From Gemmatimonadota bacterium (GTDB lineage: Bacteria; Gemmatimonadota; Gemmatimonadetes; Gemmatimonadales; Gemmatimonadaceae): a stretch of 64,000 nt of DNA. The notes beneath the pieces were generated by a model. The model did not search any database. It was given only the letters and a program-made list of their open reading frames with translations, and had not been told where the DNA came from. The position numbers and the translations under genes were made by a program. Positions 57,670 through 64,000 of the stretch are shown here, piece after piece. Position 1 is the stretch's first letter, and each line of letters begins with the position of its first letter. The stretch is from contig JANOTB010000133.1 in assembly GCA_031416115.1 (NCBI GenBank), forward strand, positions 3,205 through 67,204, in the 5' to 3' direction.

Positions 57670-59184
57670 ATGACGCGACGCACCCGCGACCACCCGCCGA
57701 CCAAGCCGACCGTCGCCCTCGCGACCGCGGCCGGCGCGCCGATCGCCGTGGTGCACGCCACCGCTGAACTCGCGCCCTTCGCCCGCACCGGCGGGCTGGG
57801 CGAGGCAGTGCGGACGCTCGCGCGACATCAAGCTCAGGCCGGCATCGACGTCACGATCGTGATGCCGTACTACGGCGACGTCGCGCGTCAGGCGCCACCG
57901 GTGAAGCCGCTCGGGCCGACACTCACCATACCGGTCGGCGGCCGCTTCGAGGAGGTCACGCTCCTCGAGCTCATCCGTCCCGCCGGCCCGCCCTCGCCGC
58001 GCGTCATCTTCGTCGCGAGTCCGACCTACTTCGGCCGCGACGGCATCTACGGCGATGCACAGGGCGAGTTCCGAGACAACGCACGACGCTACGCCTGCTT
58101 CTCACTCGCCGTCATCGAAGCGCTGCCGCGCATCACCGACGGCGCCGTGGTCGTGCATGCGCATGACTGGCATGCGGCGCTGGTGCCTGTCTACCTGCGC
58201 GGCCTGCTCGCGCACGACGTCCAGTACGGGCGCGTGGCATCGGTCCTCTCGGTGCATAACGCGGGCTTCCAGGGGCACTTCCCGACCGCGACCATGGCCG
58301 ACCTCGGTGTGCCCTGGTCGCTCTACAGCCTGCACCACTTGGAGTGGTACGGGCGCATGAACTTCCTCAAGGGAGGGATGTCGCTCGCCGACGCCGTGGT
58401 GACGGTGAGCCCCACGCATGCCGACGAACTGCGCACCGAGGCGGGAGGATTCGGCCTGCACGATGCCTTCCGCGAGTTGGGCGGCCGCTTCGTCGGGATC
58501 GTGAACGGGATCGATCAGGACGAATGGGATCCCACGACCGACACGCAGATCGCGGCGCGCTATTCGCGCGACGACCTCGCGGGCAAGGCCACCTGCAAGG
58601 CGTCACTGCAGCGTCTCTTCGGCTTGCCCCGGCGCGCGCGCACTCCGCTCGTCGGCATGAGCGCGCGCATGGTCTACCAGAAGGGACTCGACCTCATCTT
58701 CGGCTCGGGGTTCCTCACGCTCGACGCGCAGTTCGTCTTCTTGGGCGCCGGTGAAGCGCGCTACGAACGCGCCCTGCTCGACCTCGCGCGGCGTGTGCCC
58801 GACCGCCTTGGGGTGCAGCTCAACTTCACCGATCGCCTTGAGCACAGACTGCTCGCGGGCGCCGACTTCTGCCTCATGCCGAGCATGTACGAGCCCTGTG
58901 GGCTCACGCAGATGCGGGCGCAGCGCTACGGCACGCTGCCGCTCGCGCGGCGCGTGGGAGGCCTGGCCGACACGATCGAGGACGGCGTCACGGGCTTCCT
59001 CTTCGACGATTACACCTCCGACGACTTCCTGCACGGCACCGCGCGCGCGGTGCAGGCGTACCGCGCCCCGTCGACGTTCGCGCGGATGCAGCGCGACGCG
59101 ATGGGGCGCGACTTCGGGTGGGAACAGGCCGAGGCGCGCTACCGCGACGTCTACCGCTTCGCCTCCGAGCGGAGGAGCGCCTGA
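57670..59184 (+). CDS. second glycogen/starch synthase paralog (GT5)
   Basis: AELAPFARTGGLGEAV, PSMYEPCGLTQMRAQRYGTLP and GGLADTIEDG motifs. Confidence 0.85.
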   Translation: MTRRTRDHPPTKPTVALATAAGAPIAVVHATAELAPFARTGGLGEAVRTLARHQAQAGIDVTIVMPYYGDVARQAPPVKPLGPTLTIPVGGRFEEVTLLELIRPAGPPSPRVIFVASPTYFGRDGIYGDAQGEFRDNARRYACFSLAVIEALPRITDGAVVVHAHDWHAALVPVYLRGLLAHDVQYGRVASVLSVHNAGFQGHFPTATMADLGVPWSLYSLHHLEWYGRMNFLKGGMSLADAVVTVSPTHADELRTEAGGFGLHDAFRELGGRFVGIVNGIDQDEWDPTTDTQIAARYSRDDLAGKATCKASLQRLFGLPRRARTPLVGMSARMVYQKGLDLIFGSGFLTLDAQFVFLGAGEARYERALLDLARRVPDRLGVQLNFTDRLEHRLLAGADFCLMPSMYEPCGLTQMRAQRYGTLPLARRVGGLADTIEDGVTGFLFDDYTSDDFLHGTARAVQAYRAPSTFARMQRDAMGRDFGWEQAEARYRDVYRFASERRSA

Positions 59185-59186
59185 CC

Positions 59187-61283
59187 ATGTCCTCCGTGCC
59201 CACGCTCCGTCGCATCGTCATCCATGGACACTTCTGCCAACCGCCGCGCGAAGATCCGTGGCTCGAGGAGATCCCGCGGTCGCCGCGCGCCGCGCCCTGG
59301 CATGACTTCCATGAGAAGATCGAGCGCGAGTGCTACCGCGCGGTCGTCTCCGCGCGCGTGTTGAATCCTGAGGGCAAGATCGCGCGCATCGTGAACCTCA
59401 CAGCGCACATGTCGTTCAATGTCGGTCCGACGCTCCTGGAATGGTTGGAACATCACGCGCCAACGACCTACCGCGCGATGCTCGACGGCGACCGGCAGGC
59501 GCTTCAGCGCACGGGATACGGCACCGCGATCGCGCAGCCGTATCACCACGTGATCCTGCCGCTCGCCACGCGCCGCGACAAGGTGACCGAGGTCCGCTGG
59601 GGCATGGCCGATTTCCGTCGCCGGTTCGGCCGCGCGCCCGAGGGGATGTGGTTGCCCGAGACGGCCGCGGACGACGAGACCCTCGATGTGCTCGCGCAAG
59701 AGGGGATCCGCTTCACCGTGCTGGCACCGCATCAACTGCGCACCGTGCCCGCGCACGGCATGCCCGGCCGCTATGTCTCGGCCAGCGGGCGCGAGATCGC
59801 CATCTTCGTCTACGACGGCACGCGCTCGCACAACATCTCGTTCGGTCCGTTGCTCTCCAACGCCCGCGTGTGGAAGGCCGATCTGCTCGACGGACAACAG
59901 GCGCAGCGGTCGCCGCAGGTGATCACGCTCGCGACGGTGGGCGAGACCTTCGGTCATCATCACCGATTCAGCGAGATGGCACTCGCGTGGGTGGTGCAGG
60001 AACTCCAGGCGTCGCCCGACGTGACGTTGTGCTCGTTCGCCGAGGTGCTCGCGGCGCACCCGCCCACGGAGACGGTCGCGCTCGTGGGACCGAGCTCATG
60101 GAGTTGCGCGCATGGACTGGGACGCTGGCGCACCGACTGCGGCTGCCGTGAGAATGCGGCGACCGCGCCGGATCAGTCGTGGCGGGAACCATTGCGCCGC
60201 GGGCTCGACGCGCTGCGCGACGCGCTGCACGAACGCTACGTGTCCGAAGCGACGCCGCTGTTCGTCGACCCGTGGGCGGCGCGCGATGCGTATGGCGCGG
60301 TCGTCGCTGCGCCGGCCGTCGAGCGTGACGCGCGCGTCGCGACCTTGCTCGCCCCGGGACTCTCCCACGCGCAGGCGATCCGCGGCCGCGAACTCCTCGA
60401 GATGATGCGCGACGCGCTCCGCATGTTCACCTCGAGCGCCTGGTTCTATGACGACATCGGCCGCAGCATGACCACGCAGGCGCTGCGCTACGCGGCTCGT
60501 GCGATCGAACTCGCCGGCGACGACGCCATGGAACGCGCACTGCGCATCGCGTTGCGTGAGGCGCTCAGCAACGACCCCGCGCTCGGGACCGGCGAGGACA
60601 TCTGGGCGCAGCAGGTGTGGCCATCGGTCGCGCCGCTGGTCCGCGTCGCCGGTGGACTCGCGGCCGCGCAGGCGTTCGTCCCCGGGTGGAAGGACCCTGA
60701 GACGCGCGCGTTCGACGTCGACGTGAACGCCGCACGGGTGAGCCTCGTGCACCGGCGCACCGGACGGCGTCACATTTTCGACGTCTCGGTGCAGCGGCGC
60801 GGCGTCGCTGACGCACAGTCGTTCGTGCACCCGCGCCCCGACCTTGACGATACCGCAGACGCTGGTCGCCTGGCCGGCACGGTGCCGGTGTTCCTGCAGG
60901 ACTTCCCCGAGCGCGAGCGCGACGCCGTGCTGCACGGCGTCCGTGCGGCACGGCAACGCGAACTCGCGCAGCGACTCTTCGGCGAGACGCGCCTCGCCGC
61001 CATGGCGCTCGGCTCTCCGGGTCTCGTCGAGTCCGCGGTCGCGGAACTGGACGCTGAGGTGCGCAGCATCGGCGAGTCCAATGCGGCGGCACACATCGCG
61101 CGCGCCTCGGACCTCGTCGACCTGCTCGAGTTGAGCGGCCATCATCTGCCGTATGAGGTGCAGTCGCACTTCGCGCGCAGCATCCGCGCGCTCGCACCCG
61201 AATCGCGCCGACCGTTCACCGGCCTCGCCACGCGGCTCGGCTTCTCCGAGGAGTTCCTTGCCGACTGGGTGGTCTGGTCATGA
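59187..61283 (+). CDS. GH57-family glycoside hydrolase with DUF3536-like C-terminal region
   Basis: ATG 59187. Motifs IHGHFCQPPREDPW, WLPETAADDETLDVLAQEGIRF and WSCAHGLGRWRTDCGC. Confidence 0.75.
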   Translation: MSSVPTLRRIVIHGHFCQPPREDPWLEEIPRSPRAAPWHDFHEKIERECYRAVVSARVLNPEGKIARIVNLTAHMSFNVGPTLLEWLEHHAPTTYRAMLDGDRQALQRTGYGTAIAQPYHHVILPLATRRDKVTEVRWGMADFRRRFGRAPEGMWLPETAADDETLDVLAQEGIRFTVLAPHQLRTVPAHGMPGRYVSASGREIAIFVYDGTRSHNISFGPLLSNARVWKADLLDGQQAQRSPQVITLATVGETFGHHHRFSEMALAWVVQELQASPDVTLCSFAEVLAAHPPTETVALVGPSSWSCAHGLGRWRTDCGCRENAATAPDQSWREPLRRGLDALRDALHERYVSEATPLFVDPWAARDAYGAVVAAPAVERDARVATLLAPGLSHAQAIRGRELLEMMRDALRMFTSSAWFYDDIGRSMTTQALRYAARAIELAGDDAMERALRIALREALSNDPALGTGEDIWAQQVWPSVAPLVRVAGGLAAAQAFVPGWKDPETRAFDVDVNAARVSLVHRRTGRRHIFDVSVQRRGVADAQSFVHPRPDLDDTADAGRLAGTVPVFLQDFPERERDAVLHGVRAARQRELAQRLFGETRLAAMALGSPGLVESAVAELDAEVRSIGESNAAAHIARASDLVDLLELSGHHLPYEVQSHFARSIRALAPESRRPFTGLATRLGFSEEFLADWVVWS

Positions 61284-61305
61284 CCACCGCACCGCCGGAG
61301 TCCCC

Positions 61306-62529
61306 ATGCCGTTCGTGATCTTCGTTGCCCCCTTCTTCTCCGATCCCGCGAGCCGCACCATGGCCGCGATCGCCACGCTACCCGGCGTGCGACTCGGCGT
61401 GATCAGCCAACAGCGGCAGGAGGAGGCGCCCGACTATCTGCACGGACTCCTTGCCGAGCACTGGCGCGTGGACGAGGTGCTCGATCCCGAGCAACTCGTG
61501 CGGGCCGCGAAGGGCCTCTCGGCGATGGTCGGTGCACCGATCCATCGTCTGTGGGGATCGCTCGAACAGGCGCAGGTGCCGATCGCCGAGGCGCGCGAGC
61601 TGCTCGGCGTGACCGGCATGAGCGCCGAGACCACGCGCGCCTTCCGCGACAAGGCGAAGATGAAGGACATCCTGCGCGCGGCCGGGATCCCCTGCGCGCG
61701 GCACGCGCTGGTGCGCTCGCTCGACGAGGGCCGCGCGGCCGCGATGCGGATCGGGTACCCCCTCGTGGTGAAGCCACCCGACGGCGCGGGTTCGGTGAGC
61801 ACGTTCCGTGTGGAGAACGACGCGCAACTGCTCGTGGCGCTGGGTGCCGCGCCGCCGACCGCGGACCATCCAACCCTGCTCGAGGAGTTCATCGTTGGCG
61901 AGGAGCACTCGCTCGAGACGATCTCGATCGACGGACGGGCCGTCTGGCATTCGCTCACGCACTACCGGCCCACGCCGCTCGACGTGGTACGCAATCAATG
62001 GATCCAGTGGTGCGTGCTGTTGCCGCGCGAAGTGGACGATCCGCAGTTCGACGACATCAAGAAGGCGGCCGCGGGTGGACTCAAGGCGCTCGGGATGCAG
62101 ACCGGCCTCACGCACCTGGAGTGGTTCCGTCGCACGGACGGCAGCGTGGCGATCGGCGAGGTGGGGGCGCGGCCGCCTGGTGCGCAGATCACGACGCTCA
62201 CGTCGCGGGCGAACGACTTCGATTTCGTGCAGGAGTGGGCGCGCACCGTGATCTTCGGTGAGTTCCGGCCGCCGGTGCGGAAGTACGCGGTCGGGGCCGC
62301 GTTTCTCCGAGGCCAGGGAACGGGGACGGTGCGCGCCGTGCACGGGATCGAGACGGTCGTGCGCGAGTTCGGCGCACTGGTGTGCGACCACCGGTTGCCC
62401 ACCATCGGCATGGGCCGGACGGGCAGCTACGAAGGCGAAGGCTTCATCATCGTGCGGCACCCCGAGACGGCGGTCGTGAGCGACGCCCTGAGCCGGATCG
62501 TGTCGCTGATTCACGTGGAACTCGGCTGA
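61306..62529 (+). CDS. ATP-grasp domain protein (paralog 1)
   Basis: ATG 61306. Motifs FRDKAKMKDIL, GYPLVVKPPDGAGSVSTF, EEFIVGEE and THLEWF...GARPPGA. Confidence 0.75.
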   Translation: MPFVIFVAPFFSDPASRTMAAIATLPGVRLGVISQQRQEEAPDYLHGLLAEHWRVDEVLDPEQLVRAAKGLSAMVGAPIHRLWGSLEQAQVPIAEARELLGVTGMSAETTRAFRDKAKMKDILRAAGIPCARHALVRSLDEGRAAAMRIGYPLVVKPPDGAGSVSTFRVENDAQLLVALGAAPPTADHPTLLEEFIVGEEHSLETISIDGRAVWHSLTHYRPTPLDVVRNQWIQWCVLLPREVDDPQFDDIKKAAAGGLKALGMQTGLTHLEWFRRTDGSVAIGEVGARPPGAQITTLTSRANDFDFVQEWARTVIFGEFRPPVRKYAVGAAFLRGQGTGTVRAVHGIETVVREFGALVCDHRLPTIGMGRTGSYEGEGFIIVRHPETAVVSDALSRIVSLIHVELG

Positions 62530-62548
62530 CACCTCAGGGGAACAGACC

Positions 62549-63766
62549 ATGAACGTCGTCTTCATCGCTCCAGGATATCCGTCGGAGATGCCGCAATTCG
62601 TGCGCGGACTCGCCGAGCATGGCGCCCGCGTGATCGGCGTCGGGGACCAGCCGGCGAATGCGCTCCCCGGACTCGCGCGCCAGCACCTCTCGGAGTACCT
62701 GCAGGTCGCCTCGTTGCGTGACGAGATGGCCGTGGTCGGCGCGCTCACGAAGTTCATGGGCGGCCGCACGGTCGACCGCGTGGTCGCGCTCTGGGAGCCC
62801 GCCGTGGTGCTCGCGGCACGCATCCGCGAAGCGCTCGGCGTGCCGGGGATCGACCTCGAGATGGCGCACCGATTCCGTGACAAGGACGTCATGAAGCAGG
62901 TCATCGGCGCGGCCGGACTGCGCACCGCGCGTCACGCGCGTGCCGCGTCGTCGGCCGAGGTGCGGGCGGCGGTGGAGCAGGTCGGGTACCCCGCGATCAT
63001 CAAGCCGATCGACGGCGCCGGGTCGATGGACACCTTTCGCGTCGACACGCCGCAGCAGCTCGAACAGGCGCTCGGACAACTGAAGCACGTGCCTGAGGTC
63101 AACGTCGAGGAGTTCATCACTGGCGAGGAGTACCACTACGACACCATCTGCTCCGACGGCACGGTGCTCTACGAGAACATGGGCTACTACCGTCCCACGC
63201 CGTTGATCTCGCGAGGCAACGAATGGGTGTCGCCACAGACGCTCGCGGTGCGCGACCTCACCCAGCCACACTTGCAGCCGGGCATCACGCTCGGCCGCGA
63301 GGTGCTCCAGGTGATGGGCTTCAAGACCGGCTTCACGCACATGGAGTGGTTCCTCACGCCGTCGGGCGAGGCGGTCTTCAGCGAGATCGCCGCGCGGCCG
63401 CCGGGTGCGAACACCGTGGACCTCATGAACTTCACCGCCGACATCGACGTCTTCAGCGGCTACGCCGAGGCCGAGCTGAAGGGGACGTTCACGGCGGGCA
63501 AGCCTCGCGCCTACAACGCGGTCAACATCTTCAAGCGCGCCGAGGGTCAGGGGCGCATCACGCGCATTGAAGGACTGCCGCAACTCATGGAGCGCTACGG
63601 CGCGCATGTCGTGCTCGTGGACCTGCTGCCGATCGGCGCGCCGCGCCGTGACTGGGTGCAGACGCTGCTCTCCGACGGCTACGTCGTGATCCGTCATCCG
63701 GACTGGGACACCGCGTGCCAGATCGCCGATGACTTCGGGACCGATCTTCGCCTGTTCGCGGACTGA
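62549..63766 (+). CDS. ATP-grasp domain protein (paralog 2)
   Basis: Motifs FRDKDVMKQVI, GYPAIIKPIDGAGSMDTF, EEFITGEE and THMEWF...AARPPGA. Collinear with paralog 1. Confidence 0.75.
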   Translation: MNVVFIAPGYPSEMPQFVRGLAEHGARVIGVGDQPANALPGLARQHLSEYLQVASLRDEMAVVGALTKFMGGRTVDRVVALWEPAVVLAARIREALGVPGIDLEMAHRFRDKDVMKQVIGAAGLRTARHARAASSAEVRAAVEQVGYPAIIKPIDGAGSMDTFRVDTPQQLEQALGQLKHVPEVNVEEFITGEEYHYDTICSDGTVLYENMGYYRPTPLISRGNEWVSPQTLAVRDLTQPHLQPGITLGREVLQVMGFKTGFTHMEWFLTPSGEAVFSEIAARPPGANTVDLMNFTADIDVFSGYAEAELKGTFTAGKPRAYNAVNIFKRAEGQGRITRIEGLPQLMERYGAHVVLVDLLPIGAPRRDWVQTLLSDGYVVIRHPDWDTACQIADDFGTDLRLFAD

Positions 63767-63770
63767 ACGG

Positions 63771-64000
63771 GTGGACGCCGGCCTCTCTCTCGCACGCTTC
63801 CCGCGGCGACGTGCGCGTCCGGGGCGACATGTGCGCATCCCGGGCGTCTGGTCGCCCGAGTTGGGCAACCGGCGCGACGTCTTCGTATTCCTGCCGCCCT
63901 CGTATGACGAGGGTGGCCATTTCCCGGTGGTCTACCTGCACGACGGGCAGAACCTCTTTGACCCACGGCTCGCATTCGCGGGCTCGTGGGGCGCCGACGC
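63771..64000 (+). CDS. esterase-family alpha/beta hydrolase (PF00756-like), 3'-truncated by window edge
   Basis: The frame reads ...RIPGVWSPELGNRRDVFVFLPPSYDEGGHFPVVYLHDGQNLFD, typical of the putative-esterase family. The start is GTG 63771 or GTG 63831. This ORF is not in the ORF track because it runs off the window. Confidence 0.6.
   Translation, partial: MDAGLSLARFPRRRARPGRHVRIPGVWSPELGNRRDVFVFLPPSYDEGGHFPVVYLHDGQNLFDPRLAFAGSWGAD

Noticed and set aside
59151-61169. 302-aa and 357-aa minus-strand ORFs opposite the GH57 gene
   Set aside because: The same antisense high-GC artefact applies. The plus-strand frame carries the GH57 signatures.

Overview
Very GC-rich bacterial chromosomal segment with strong G/C bias at codon position 3, which produces many long spurious antisense ORFs. 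The family content (ADOP-type duplicated permease, futalosine-pathway mqn genes, CarboxypepD_reg-type TonB receptor, Ser/Thr kinase with TPR tail) suggests a Gemmatimonadota/Acidobacteriota-like soil bacterium. I cannot assign a taxon from the sequence alone. I support about 42 protein-coding genes. I recognised no rRNA, tRNA, CRISPR array, transposase, integrase or prophage.

Layout:
- 1-3.7 kb: tandem LVIVD beta-propeller paralogs.
- 3.8-7.5 kb: amino-acid permease and H+-pyrophosphatase.
- 7.6-11.1 kb: SnoaL-like protein, sarcosine-oxidase-like flavoenzyme and a DUF885-like protein.
- 11.3-16 kb: serine-biosynthesis operon with an embedded FAD-linked oxidase.
- 16.1-27.2 kb: complete glycogen operon glgP-glgB-glgC-glgA, ending in a GlgX::MalQ fusion ORF.
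- 27.4-31.2 kb: amidohydrolase and ADOP permease.
- 31.2-32.9 kb: two coupled 7-TM proteins with a CxxC-x29-CxxC tail.
- 33-36.8 kb: VOC protein, beta-hydroxyacid-dehydrogenase-like oxidoreductase and Ser/Thr kinase.
- 36.9-46.3 kb: five-gene minus-strand operon.
- 46.5-55.6 kb: M28 peptidase, TonB receptor, an unusual multicopper oxidase and an amidohydrolase.
- 56-57.4 kb: mqnB-mqnD.
- 57.7-64 kb: second alpha-glucan locus (glgA2, GH57, two ATP-grasp paralogs, esterase).

The strongest candidate for an undescribed system is the five-gene operon at 36.9-46.3 kb. It encodes an acidic exported protein, a 1515-aa polytopic patatin, a B12-type radical SAM enzyme, a Delta9-type desaturase and a 614-aa patatin. 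Secondary candidates are the 7-TM/zinc-ribbon pair and the glgA2-GH57-ATP-grasp-ATP-grasp-esterase locus.
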